A DNA stretch of 63,732 bases, the filler included, from Bigelowiella natans CCMP2755 (lineage: Eukaryota; Protista; Cercozoa), in the NCBI GenBank assembly GCA_000320545.1. It is 5 parts of 5 records of this genome, joined end to end, with 100 filler letters (N's around TTAATTAATTAA, not from the genome) between each part and the next. Parts side by side here need not be neighbours in the genome. Positions count along the whole stretch, not along the records: positions 29,341 to 53,256 come from ADNK01000948.1; positions 53,357 to 56,385 come from ADNK01003055.1; 3 more parts are not named here. One strand, given 5' to 3'. The notes under the pieces were generated by a model, which worked only from the letters and a program-made list of their open reading frames with translations, had not been told where the DNA came from and made no database searches. Position 1 is the stretch's first letter; each line of letters begins with the position of its first letter. Shown one piece after another: positions 42,378 through 55,110 of the stretch. The position numbers and the translations under genes were made by a program.

Positions 42378-43978
42378 ACGTATAAATGTGTTTATGTGTG
42401 TGTCTGGTTCTTAACTTTTTGGTCAATTTCATAATATTAAGAAAGTACCAATCTCGTAAAAACCCTGATTGATGTTTGCTATTAGCTCGTGTGTAAGATA
42501 AAAGAATTATTTCTTTTTCTCTTCTGAGGAAAAAAGAAGAAGAGGAAATGAACTCTGTTTACTTGGTGATTGATGACGCTAAAAAAGAGTTATATATTTC
42601 GTTGTAGAAATAGAACTTTTGATGGACATACAAGTGAAATCAGGAAATCAGTTATTCCTACAGCTACTATATAAAAGGTTATATTGAACGATTGTACGGC
42701 ATGAGAAAATGTAAACCCTTGGAATCCGTCGACTGTTGATATCTAATTATGTCATACATACTAGAGTCAAGATAAAAAGTTGAAATAAAAATACATTTAT
42801 TTATTCCAAATAAACACACACACACACATACACATACACATACACACCAAAACAGCACTGGTATATTATTACATTTGTATGCATGCTTCTATCTTGATAC
42901 TCATCAACCGTTCTTAGAGTAATCAATGATTATAGGTTCATCAATGGTTGTTCAGAGAAATTTTAAGGCCCCCACTACCTCAACGCCACATTTGGGAAGC
43001 ATTCTTTTACTTATCTTAAATATAGATATAAAAAAAAAATCTCAGTAGATTTGGTTTGATCATTTCTAATGAATAGACTCTGGCTACTGAAATTAATCCC
43101 AATTATATTATTGTACCTCTCTTGAAAATAATCGTTTCTGGGCTTTGTACCTATCGAGTAAGATTTATGTTGTGTGATATTTCTCAGGATATTAACTAGA
43201 AGAACAGATGGTATGTTGAGAAAATTTATATAATTACAACTGTATCAAGAAAAAATAGAACCAGAGAGCAAAGAGGAAGAGAAAACGAAAATTCGATGAC
43301 AAAATAAGCAATAATCGAGACAAAATCCGGAATATTTAAAAAAAATATTTCAAAAAAATTAAATAAATAGTGAAGTGTAAATTACGGGGTGATGATGCCG
43401 ATTTCTTCACCTTTGACTCCATGACTACCATAGTATATAATATATTTTGCTGTATTTGTTCCTTTAATAATTTACCTTAAAATAAACTACCAATTAATTT
43501 ATTCAAATCTCCGAAAATAACAAAATTTAATATTCTTGCAACTTTAAACTACTCCTTCATACATGTAACAATATATATACTATTGTGTGCACTCACACAT
43601 ATATTTTATTCCTTGGTTGAATATTGTAATACTTCCTACTTTAAAAATATTTGAAGGGTTCGTAGCACACATTCTGCCTCCAGTTCATTTACTATAGAAT
43701 TCCCATCAAATTGCTGCTCTGATTCCACATGAATATATGCTATCGGCCAATTGACGCCTATGGTATAGTTGTAAAATGGATTAATTGTTTTCCATTTTTA
43801 TGTAAGTAAGTGCGATTATATAGCTATGAAAAAATTAAACATGATTATCTTGTGGGCTAGGGGTATACATGTAATTTTATCATAAATTATTTTTAAATCA
43901 TTATGTGAAATTCATAAACAAGAAAGAAGATGACTGCATTATCAGGATTACAAACACAGAGATACACGTGTGGTTCGT

Positions 43979-44009
<31 letters not shown>

Positions 44010-44588
44010 GTGTATTTTACGTGGCCATTGGAATCCAACGGGAGGTAGCTAAGGGAAAAAAAAGTTAGTTTAACTATTTTTATTTTTTAGACGAAAGTTA
44101 AAGTATCCTACAGGCAACGAATCTTTTTTGATTTCATTGATCAGTCTTTTATTTTTACCCTTAAGTCAGAACTAATTCCATTCTTCAACTTCCCCTTCAG
44201 CATTAATTATATAAAGTAGAGTCGTCTTTCATTATCACTCAAGAAAGTAAATCTCAATTTTAACGATTTAATTTTCAACTAAATTGATATATTTCTTGTA
44301 CATGTATGCATTTATACCCCATAGAAGATTGAGGAAGGAAATTCTGATATAGCCGGATGCATTCGATATTGAGTGTCCAATAGCGAAGATGGCACCTTGT
44401 AGATGATAATGATGATTACGAAAAAAAAATCCTTGGTTTTCTGTTCGTGGGTGTTGTGATAATAAGATCATGTTAAATTTCGATTCAATATTTAGATCAC
44501 TGTGGCTTGAGTAATGAGTAACACTAAATGTGTGCATTTCTATCATATGTCTATCTTGTACCTTTTAGGGTTTTTACAATTATATATG

Positions 44589-44631
<43 letters not shown>

Positions 44632-47600
44632 CCCCATTTTGCACGAGTCTGTCAAAAAGCGAAACCTGTTAATAGAATCGATGCGTATGGTAATGCAAAC
44701 TACAGCAAAATGGAGTAGAATTAAGTTCATAATATTGGATAAATTATTTCTATTGTAGACCGTCAAATCCTCTCTTGCCTAATAGTCACATTAGGGACAT
44801 AAATATTTAGTAAGATGGATAATTTGGCAAAGCAGAACTGGATATTCGTACCAGAGGCAAAATAAATTTCCCACAATTAGAGGATACATTAATTTATAAT
44901 TTGGATTAATCCCAACATATAATACATTACTATTTTTTATACCAACCAAATCTGATAGCACTGTAGGCTCCAACTGACAAGGATCGCCGACTAAAACCTT
45001 ACAGTTCGATAGCACAGTAGCGAAATTAGCGTGAAAATCACTGTCATACATACAAGAAATAATTACGTATCTCGGTATTCTTAATTTGCTTTTTTGTACG
45101 TCTTTATTCGTATGCGGAACTTACTACTATAATTAGTAATACAAACAATTGCATAAAGTTCTTTAAATAACTAGTTTTTACTCCAAGAATTCTTTTAAAG
45201 ACACATGTATACAGAGATAGATAGTACCAACTGTCGACATCCTCGTGATATAGCTATGAGCGACTCTGGTTCGGTAACCTAGAAATTTCATTGAAAAAAT
45301 AGAGTCAGTACATGAGAACACGAATAACAAATTTAATACATGCTGATAAATTGGGCATCGATATCAAAGACGGATAGGCCTGCATTGCATGATCAAGTAC
45401 AACCTGAGTTGCCTCATCGACTAGTACGCATAAAAACCGCAAATTCTTCAGAATATCTTTTCCCACACCACAGCATGTAGCACTAATTGAGCATATTCGA
45501 GTGCAAAATGAAAGCAGAAACACTAATGGTGAATAATATAGATAGTGACAGGGCTGTAAAGTAATGCACTGATTTATTTTTCATACGTACCATATTACGT
45601 CTGTTGTTTTTAAAAGTCTATCTCGAGCTCTGTGTACTCAAAAACATTAGTAAAAATTAAGCAGAATTAATATAAACCTTCACAACCTCCTCAGTTCATC
45701 CTGTCTCACATCGTTTCCTATTATCAAATATTTCGATATAGACAATGTGATCAAAAACTATTAAATTCACCTATGCTACAAGAAGGGGAGAATAGATAGC
45801 ACTATTTTTTTTAATATATAGTATAAGTCATTATATAAGATTGTTTTTCTATGAGGCAAAAGAATGGAGGATGTGTCCATCTAAGTTCAAACGGCGAAGA
45901 ACGCTGAATTGCATACTACTCATCTCAAAAACCATCAAATCTTTAAATTAGATGGAATATGATTTAGAATCTCCATCATTCACCTCGGTATCCTAAGAGT
46001 TTTCTCACGCGTGTTTCTAATAGAAATGGAGAATTTTGGTCACCGCCATCACCTTTAATAATTATTGCAAAAAATCATATACATCACTTGTCCTCAGGAA
46101 AAATTGATTTGTTGCATTCATAATTTTCCTTGTATTCATTAGTTATCAATTATTCATTATTAGTCCATATATTCTCACTTGCTTTTAAAACAAAATCTCA
46201 AAATTTCAATTTATATTGTCGCTACCACCCAAGATGTCTGACTAACTAACCCGACAATTATATCCGTATCATTACTCGAATCTTGATTACCAATTCTTAT
46301 GACGTCTAAACCGGCTTTACTGAGTCCTTCAGCGAGGTTGTCTACCTAGGAAATATAGAGCAGCATACGTGTGAGACTTTCCCGTCCAGTAGGCGTCGCA
46401 GTGACAAAGTATAAATTGAATACAGTAAGCAAAGCGAAGAATCAATTATTAAGAGAGTGTTCGTAGTGCTGGTATAAAATGATGATGATTCTAGATTGTA
46501 TAATAAATTGCTAAGTACTGGGTTATATATCAAGATACTAATATTTTCTCTTTGCTAGTGTACGTCCTAATAATATTAGGAAGTAACGATAAGCTAATTG
46601 ATATTGTAACTACTACCGCAATGTTGCTTCCAGCAGTGGCAAGACAGGGGTATTTCCAAACACTATTTTCATACCCTCTTTGTCCAGATTTACTACTACT
46701 ATATTTATCGAGGGGGGGAAGAGATTAATCGTAGAAGTAGTTTCAAGTTCTAGATCAGAAGATATATCGTTGTGAAACATCTCTGTGGAGTTGTAGTAGG
46801 TACAAATGCTAAGTTTTTACACATTGAATGTTTGAAGTTTTGGAGAACGGGTGTTGTTCTTCCTATTTCATATTACTATCCAGATGATGTAGGTACGTAC
46901 ATAGCTTTCCTGAAGTTGAGCCTTGACCAACCTTTGATAATTTGGCAAGCAACTCGAGTCTTACCGGTACCCTAAAATAGTAGAGAGATGTTGTTGATCT
47001 GGTCTTTGAAGGGAAGGGGAGAAGAACATGTTGGTAGCACCGGTTGAAATAAAGTAGTAATAGTAGTAGAAGTAGTAGTAATAGTGTAGTAGTAGCAGTA
47101 GCGGTGTAATAATACAAACGATTACGATAAATGAACAAATGATAGGCTTACGATACCGGAGGTCCTTGAATCAGTGTTACTCTCCTAGACAAACCCTAAG
47201 ATCAATCGATTATAGATAATACATTGCAACATTGAATAGATTTTACACTTGCGAAACATTTTATTCGAGAATAAATAGCTGGATAAAACCTACCAAACTC
47301 AAAGCCTTCCTTTGACTTAAATTCATTTTTTTTATATCCTCGCCTAATTCAATATGAAAAATTTCTGCCCAAAAAGTGGACATTTCAACGTCAGATGTAA
47401 TCACGAATAGAAATATCACTATACTTTAATGCACATAAACAGCAGTATGTTTCATTAATCGTCGATGATGACCTGTATTAACAGATCGGACTACTTCGCA
47501 GCACAGTTTTGAAACAATACTGCTGCGGCTGCTGCTGCTCCTGCTGCTGCTGCTAGTGGTGGAGCAGCACTTACCACCTGAAAAATAATATATAACTTCT

Positions 47601-49760
47601 TCATATTAGCTCTCCACTCCATCAACCTATTTTGTTATTGGATGATGATACTGATGATGATACTGATGATGATGATGATGATGATGATAATCAAAGAACT
47701 ACTACTTAGATTGATATTATTGATATGTTAGTTACAGTTTCAGATGTGCTATTTATTATACTGGTTATGATGTCCCGCATCTTAGAGTCTGGCAGTAGTA
47801 TGGGCGATCTAAGAGATCTACTTCCTTGCGAACCGATAATAATAGATTCCTTGCCCAAAAAAATCAGAGGGAGGGGAGGATAGAATGTATGTAGTAACAA
47901 TACGATAGTACTTCCATAACTGCTATTAAATACTACTTCACAAATTGCTATGTGTCCTTATCATCATCATCATCATCATTATCATCATCGCACCGTTTGT
48001 TACCAGTGCTCTAAGTTCTCTTTTAAGCGTGATTCGGCTTGCCATTCTCACAATTTGAAACTTCAAATCGCCTAACAACGTAGTAGTAGTAATAGTAGTA
48101 GTCACCATGCACCACATGTCATTCAATTGAATGCATAAGAGCACATATACAGGAGAAGGAAGATGAGGGAGGGGAGGGAAAGAAAACAAATAAACTATAT
48201 TTAAAACATGCATATAAGTGAAAACTATCCCATCTACCCTTTCTTGCAGATGGTGGCAAATTATGAATCGGAAGGGCATCGTTAAATCGAAGTGTTATTG
48301 ACTTCCGACAAATGTCGATCACTTCACATTCGTGTGTTTGGTCTTGATTCCAATACTGTATAATCATACAACCGTATTATTAATTGGGACAATAGTGACG
48401 ACTCTTTATCCAGCACGAATACATGTCTTCCGACGATTACAGAACAGACTAATACAAGTATTATTACTACCTCTATTATAAAATACTAATATTTTTGCAA
48501 CGGATGACAACTTTCAGAATGCTTTGGTTGGTTGTATCAGCCCCCCCCGGTAAGCTCACTCCTACTCTGCATAACATAGCCGCCGACATCTTTCCTCTCT
48601 GTAGAAGGGGTTGCAGATCTCCATAAAATTTAGCATCTCGCCCATTTGAGACGGGGATTTCCTCATATCTTAATCCAAAAACTGCATATCCATTTGTTTC
48701 CAATCTTTTCCGATTACATCTTTTAATTTCAGTTTCAATTCGCCTTGCTTCCGCTAAGAACTCTTGAAGGATTAATTTCGCCTGATTCTCAAAATAATTT
48801 TTGGCAATCTGTATCTTTTTTGGTAACAATGAGCCCTGGCCGTTGCGTATTTCAATCGTCGTTTTTGCAAGTATTTTATCCACCACTGATTTGATGGATT
48901 TCCAACATTCCTTTGTTTAAAAAGAAACCAGCATTTAGCAAAGATTTTTTGTGACACTTTTTGCAAGACAGATCAGCAAATAAATACAAAACTGTGCGAG
49001 GTCTTGTTACTTACCTTTTGCGACATATCTGCCAAAAAATCACAGCATTGCCTGAGCGAAAAAGAACAACCTCGAAAGGACTCTAATTTCTTCAATCCAT
49101 TTGTCAGATCTGAAGTTTTTGCACAGTCAACAATGGTCCGTAAAGCCTTGAAACTCCTTCGCCGCTCAAACTTGGAAGAGAATGATTTGAAACATCTGCT
49201 TTTGGTACAAAATTAGTTGACGTAAAGCATTACGACGTGAAGCATTAGGGGTGTTATCCTCATCATCATTGTCGTCGTCTTCATCAGCATCATCTGACAT
49301 GATCATGATGATACGTTTCAAATGCGATTTTGAAGGCAATGTGTTTTGCCTCAATTTTTGCCATTTCTTTAGATTTCTCTGGAGTGATGAAAACGTCAAT
49401 CAGAATAACCATTGTGTTTGTTCCATCAAAAATGAATGTCCTTACTGTTGTCCTTATCGGATATTTTGGCAATGCCAATTTCTGCGTAGATGATAATGAT
49501 TCGTAATGTTACATGGTTGCAAGATCGATAGAGGGGGAGAAGTTGAACTACTTTGGAAGTTCTTGTCATTCTGTTTCTTGAGAATGCACAGCATCGAGGA
49601 TCCAAGGCGTTTAAAAACAATTTTGACTTTGTCCCCCTTAGCACATTTGTCTCTTAGATTTCAAAACTCCAGTCCTGCATTGACATCTAAGACCTGTTTG
49701 CAACATTCGGCAATTAGAGCTGCCTCAAAATCGTCGCCATGATTCAATGTTGACATCATT
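41874..49760 (-). CDS. Superfamily 1B helicase, UPF1/DNA2-Nam7 (AAA_11/AAA_12) family; multi-exon, 5' end uncertain
   Basis: VTLIQGPP|GTGKT (~47185-46950), ATAGSNIAV|DNLAEGL, ATCCG...VLVDEATQ|VTEPESLI, VLVGDPCQLEP, SLFDRL, QYRMHPAISEFPS, IGIITP, STVDGFQ, RSNVMLTRARSGLIVFGH; last exon ends ...GNSEK* at 41874. Confidence 0.9.
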
Positions 49761-50349
49761 TACATCCCCAAGATTGTCCTGTGAAAAGAAGAAGAAAAAA
49801 ATGAAATGACGAGTGAAACGATGATTGAGGGATGGGACTGGTTGTGGAGAAGGCAGAATTCAACATTCTAGGTGCACGTCCACGCTACAGTGATTTCATC
49901 ATCGCCGTGAATCGCATGCATGCCTCCTCCCTCCTTCATGAGAGCACCTTGTGTTGAGTGTTGACGTCTTTTCGTAGGTGGACATTGTTGCAAAGAGGAA
50001 TTGACTTGGATTCCACTTGTCGCATTGGAAGAATCCCCTGCAATTCACATCACATCCGGAGTGAATGAGCAATGAAATTACTACTCTTTCCGAGCTGGGA
50101 TTCGCTATCCACAAACAGGATCCCCGGCAGAATGCCGATGTTCAGAAAGCCACCAGGAACGTTTTGAGCTCTGGGATGAAACCGCAATCCGCTTCAGAAT
50201 GTCTTTTTTTTTTTGCCAGAATTTCGGTGGGGTTCAGAAAGCGGGCAAATGTGCAAATGTTGCTGTCGTAGCATTCTTCATCCAGTTCCGAATTCGCCGA
50301 TGCGGCGCGCGATGCGGTGATGGGCGGGGGAGCGTTGAGTTCCTGGACA

Positions 50350-50620
50350 CCGGTGGGATGGACAGACATGTCGCCCCAGCCACCGGTGACTAGGTGGCCA
50401 GGCGAAGGATGTGTGGATCTGTGTTCAAGATTCAAAGTCACATTCGGAAAAAAAATTGGTGCGATGCGGCAATGGGCGGGGGGGTTGGTCACCTCCTACC
50501 CCTGAACCACATTCCTGGTCACTGGTGGGGCAGACAGACTTGTCGCCCCAGCCACCGGTGACTCGGTAGCCATGTGAAGGATGCATGGATCTGTGTTCAA
50601 GATTCAAAGTTGCATTCGCC
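50350..50620 (+). repeat. ~98-bp diverged direct duplication
   Basis: 50350-50447 and 50522-50619 share gacagac.tgtcgccccagccaccggtgact...ggatctgtgttcaagattcaaagt..cattcg. Confidence 0.88.
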
Positions 50621-50789
50621 GAATTGGCACTGGGTGGTGGGTTTTTCGGTTGCGAGGGTGGCTTTTCCCCTCCCTGCACCACATTCCTGTTCACCGGTGG
50701 GGCAGGCCACCGGAGAATTGGATGCCAAGTGAAGCCTTTTCGGATCTGCATCCAAGATTCACCCTGGATGAATCCCATCAGGATGAAGG

Positions 50790-51045
50790 TGTCCTCCTCA
50801 AACTTCATGCCCTCCAGGCAATGTCTCCATTGGGCCGGGGATGTTGTGGTTGGCGTGAAGTTGGTGCTTCTGATTGCAATGATGGGGGCTTTGTCTCCGC
50901 AAAAGCCGGGGATGCTGTGGTCATTGCGAAGCTCGCTGTCCAAATGGACCAGGAACGAAGAATGCATCCTCCTCCATCTTCATGCCTTCCAGTGAGGGCA
51001 ATGTCTCCGCAAAAGCCGGGGATGTTGTGGCAGGTGTGAAGTGGA
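50790..51045 (+). repeat. Modular short direct repeats
   Basis: tgtctccgcaaaagccggggatg at ~50892 and ~51002; a related gcaatgtctcc...gccggggatgttgtgg at ~50818; cttcatgcc.tcca at ~50803 and ~50978. Confidence 0.7.
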
Positions 51046-51267
51046 CCATGAAGGTGTGGTCCATGGGATTGTGCTCTTGGGGGTCGCAGGTGTCTAGGTG
51101 TGGTGTTCTTGTTCTTGCTTGGTGATCTCCAAGCATGAGCAAACCATCACGACAGGATTTGGGGATGCGTGATCCTGAAGTTGGCAAACATCAGGCACTG
51201 AAAACAATGAAACTAGGAACGGAGGAGTGGCTGCAATGCCATTCTTGATTCCTTTTGGTTTCACTAG

Positions 51268-52490
51268 ATGGTCCTCACTGAAGTTGGTTCGAGGCACTGC
51301 GTTTCGTGCACTGCAAGTGTCTTGTTGCATTTTGGAGCTGCAGTTCTTCATCATTGTTCATTGTTCATTGTGGCTCCCAAAACAATGGATCATTGTGAAC
51401 CTGGGACGGCATCGCGGCTCAGCATGCTCGAGCATGCCTGCATTTTGGTGCTCAAAACACGCTGCACTCCTCCGAAGACCATGTTCGCATCTGTCCACAA
51501 TGGATCTGCAATGAGACAAACCGCAAGGTTCATTCTGCTCATTCCGACCCGGTTTTGGCATGTCAGCGCGTTCGTGCTGCACTGCATCCTTTGCAGCTTC
51601 ACCTGCTCGCACTTTGTCGTTTTCAATCGTGTGCACAACGAAGCCTGCACGCGCAAATTCGTGAAGTTCATGAGGAAACGAAGCCTGTTGAGCGATGGAA
51701 GCACAATTCTTTGTGTGCACCCAGGAGGTTGGCTCTCGTTTGCATCGCGTTTGTTTTGGGAAGACCTCCGCAAGTTTTTGCCAGAGTTTCCCCCACTCAC
51801 GGAGCAATTCTCAAATCCAACAGATGGCCACAGAGATCTCTTCGATGTCAAACGCGAGGTCGTTCCACAATGGTTTTGCGCCGTTTGCACGAGGCATGCT
51901 CTTTTGAGAGCTCGACGCGTGGACTGCACGTTGTTTCCAGAGAACATGCCACGGAACAGCTGGGTTCGATCCCTTGAGATGCCACGTTTGCTGAACCAGA
52001 ACTTGATCAGAGACACAATTGTCCGCATTTGGGACATCAATGAAGATGAACACGTGGGAGAGCTCACAAGGCACCACACGAAGGAGGGCCAAAATGAATG
52101 GAAGTTGCGATGCATCACCAAAAACACCAGCACAAAGGCCAGATTGCAAACCCTGGCAAGATGATCGGTGGGGAGGGCTCCTGTGCCGTGGTCAGTGCAC
52201 TTTGGTCAGCAGTGGTGCCGAGTCATGGACCGCAGAAAAAATCACAGGAGACCAAAAGTGCTGGGCCCCAACCACGTTCGAACTTCTTCCCACCAGTGCA
52301 ATCTTGAGACAAAATTCAAGTGGCCACCTGTTGGTTCTGAGAAGCTCAGGAGCTTCTTCACACACGTGCAGACACACATTGATTGAAGAACGTGGTGGAT
52401 CGATGTGCCCACACCGTTGGACACGCGCAAGTTCATCATTTTTCTGCTTCGCATCCATTGCACACGCATGTGCGCACGTGAAGGCATGCA
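51268..52490 (+). pseudogene. Decayed, Tyr-less coding remnant inside island F
   Basis: 298-aa ORF with no Tyr. The same frame continues past single TGAs (ORF 52168-52386, then RTWWIDVPTPLDTRKFIIFLLR). Family not recognised. Confidence 0.4.
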
Positions 52491-53256
52491 GTGACAGTGT
52501 TTTCGTGGCCAGCTTCAACCCATTGATCCTCAAAAACACCTTCAAGTTCAACGTGCATCCTGAGGAGTGTGTTCGCCGAATGCCAGATGGGTCTGTTGGT
52601 CACTTGTGCTGACAAGTTCAACAGGAATTTTGAATTCTTTCACGTCACACGTGCACATCGATGGTCGACAGCTCGTTTCCTTTCACTTGCTCAAGCACTT
52701 CACACGTGGTCGGCGGAAGAACGACGTTGTTGTCATCCAGGGGACGTGTGAGGATGCGCATGCCACAGCTTGCCACGTTGACGTGTGGCGGTGTCCACAA
52801 CTGCATCAAACGTGCAACGAATGGCATGAACTTTCAATTGAGGGTCATTGAGCACACACCTGCGCGCCCACGCGCGCCCAGGTGCATGCTTTTTGCGTGC
52901 GTGTGCTGAAACTTCGCACGTCCGTGAAGCTGGTGTGCACACACCCTCACGAGCTTGCAAAACTTGTGGCACGCAAGTGCAAATGCGCCAGCGTGTTCGA
53001 AAGTGGCGGTGAGAAATTTTCAATTTTCGCCCGCTGGTGGGCGTTGAAAAGTGAGGTTTCAAGCTGAAATTCAAAAAAAAATCAAGTTTGAACCTCAAAC
53101 AGGCTCCAGTGTGCTTCCAATGTCCAATTGCAACGATTGAGCGCGCCAGGCCGCACGCGCAAAGCACAGTTTGTTCGCAACCCACTCGTCACCGGGATCG
53201 ATGCAGTTGTGTAATCAAAGACATGACAGATCACTTCCTCAATGTGAGTTAGGGTT

Positions 53257-53356
53257 NNNNNNNNNNNNNNNNNNNNNNNNNNNNNNNNNNNNNNNNNNNN
53301 TTAATTAATTAANNNNNNNNNNNNNNNNNNNNNNNNNNNNNNNNNNNNNNNNNNNN
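53257..53356. other. Artificial contig linker
   Basis: N-TTAATTAATTAA-N. Confidence 0.97.
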
Positions 53357-53979
53357 GAGAGAGGAGAGAGAGAGGAGGGGGGGGAGGCGGGTGGACAGTA
53401 TATATAAGTATGCCATTAACATAGAGAGAACGTCGGAAGGAAAACGCAATTCCTTCTTTAGCTAGGTAAAGAGAGCATCGGCTAAACTTCCCTTCATCTC
53501 TTCTGCCTTTGAGGACCTTTATTTGAGCTTGACATCAGGGCCGTCCTTCCAAACCGATCAGAGTCATTCACTGTGAATGGGGTGCCTGATGGACGGCGTT
53601 GGGTGGGTGGGGGTGGTGTTGTGCCTTTCAATCGGGGCTTCGCCGAAGCTTCATCGCCACAAAGCGTTTCGGAAGATCAGGTGAGTCATATAATGTTACC
53701 GGGGTTATCCAAAATCTTCTTCACTGTGTCCTTTTCCCCTGCCTCCACCGCCTTGCTAAACGCCCTGTACGCCTTTCTCATCGCTATGCCAGATCTGAAG
53801 GCTGAGGTGAGCTACCCCCCCTCCCTCCTCCCTGCTGGTTCTTCTGATGGCGGCCGATTGCCGAAGCTCCCGTTTCGTTTTATTTATGGCGCCTATAATG
53901 TTTCGAAATTTTCGGCTTAAATAATTTTCTAAAAGTTGGGTCCATCTTCAGGACAAACATCGAGCCGGCCACTTCGAAT

Positions 53980-54850
53980 TTTCGCGCCCTCCGCTAGCTG
54001 CCCACACTGCTAGACTAGCATGCAGATTTGCATCAATGCTTCGACTTCATTGTTCCTTGCTAGCTTGCTCAGTGCTCACTAGCACACCACAAACAATCCC
54101 TCATTTGGAGGTGCATGAGACATCGTTTCATGAGCAGCTTCGATGTCAAGCAAGCTAGCAAGTTGGCTGCGAGCGTCAATTGGCGAGCGTCGCCATGGAT
54201 TGCACGCAGTGCAGCAGACGTGCTTGTCGTATGCGCAAGCAACGACTAGCTAGCCCGACGACGTGCACGCTAGCACGCTGCACTTGTTCCGTTGCACGAC
54301 ACGCACGCACGCTAGCCAGGCTAGCTAGCTAGCAGGCTAGCAGGCTAGCAGGCTAGCGCAGGCCTAGCTAGCACGCGCCGCCACGCTAGCTAGCACACGC
54401 AGCACGTGCGATTCGCCACTGTGCTAGCTAGACCGACCACCATGTGTTTGTTGTTGAATGGCCAGAGAGACATTTGCATCGCACCTAGCTAGCTATAGCT
54501 AGCACCAGCTAGCCAGCTAGTCTAGCAGTCTAACTAGCTAGCATTGCTAGATTGGAGGCACACGTCTAGCACGTGTCTAGCGTGTGTCAGTCATTTGAAC
54601 GTAACATTCTTAGTTTCGCGCTCTGCTAGCTAGCTAGTCTGCACTGCTAGTTAGCTAGAGTGACCCTGCTGCTGGTCTGCAAGCTTGTTTCAAGCAAGAA
54701 ATGAAGGCGCATGTTCAACAGGTAGACCCACCTCTACTTTCTCTCACGATGCATTTACATTGTCCCATCAAATGACGTACACACATCCACAAAAGTACCA
54801 CTTGCACGCACACATTGCATTTCATATGTTAAACGCACGCGCGCATATCT
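53980..54850. other. TpA-depleted, extremely CTAG-rich island G
   Basis: Dozens of gctagc/ctagctag motifs and tandem gctagcag units at ~54328-54356, while non-CTAG TA is rare. Confidence 0.88.
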
Positions 54851-55064
54851 AGACATACATACATGTGTGTGTGTGTGTGTATTTTATTATGTGTTATTGT
54901 AATACACCACTCAAAGAGGAGCATAGGCGTCGATTCCTCCATGAGCATCAACATCGTCACTCACTAATCTCGAAGTTATGAAATCTACCATAATAAACTA
55001 TCTAGACCAAATCTCCCTCCCTCTTTCTTTATATATTGCAAATATCATATATATATAAATATAA

Positions 55065-55110
<46 letters not shown>

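Larger units (their letters stand above)
49770..53256. other. TpA-depleted island F (strongest in window)
   Basis: No TA found by eye between ~51270 and ~53210. In 49800-51270 the survivors are 5 CTAG, 3 CTAC, 3 GTAG, 1 CTAT and 1 TTAC. Confidence 0.93.

Noticed and set aside
52160-52390. In-frame TGAs in the decayed ORFs read as a TGA=Trp alternative code
   Set aside because: Host genes use TGG for Trp and TGA as stop (e.g. 41874). CGA->TGA or TAA->TGA mutation explains these codons more simply.
49770-53256. Classical RIP or CpG-methylation decay as the explanation for CA/TG richness
   Set aside because: RIP raises TpA and lowers CpA, and CpG decay lowers CpG. Here TpA is missing and CpG is common, although some CpG decay may be superimposed.
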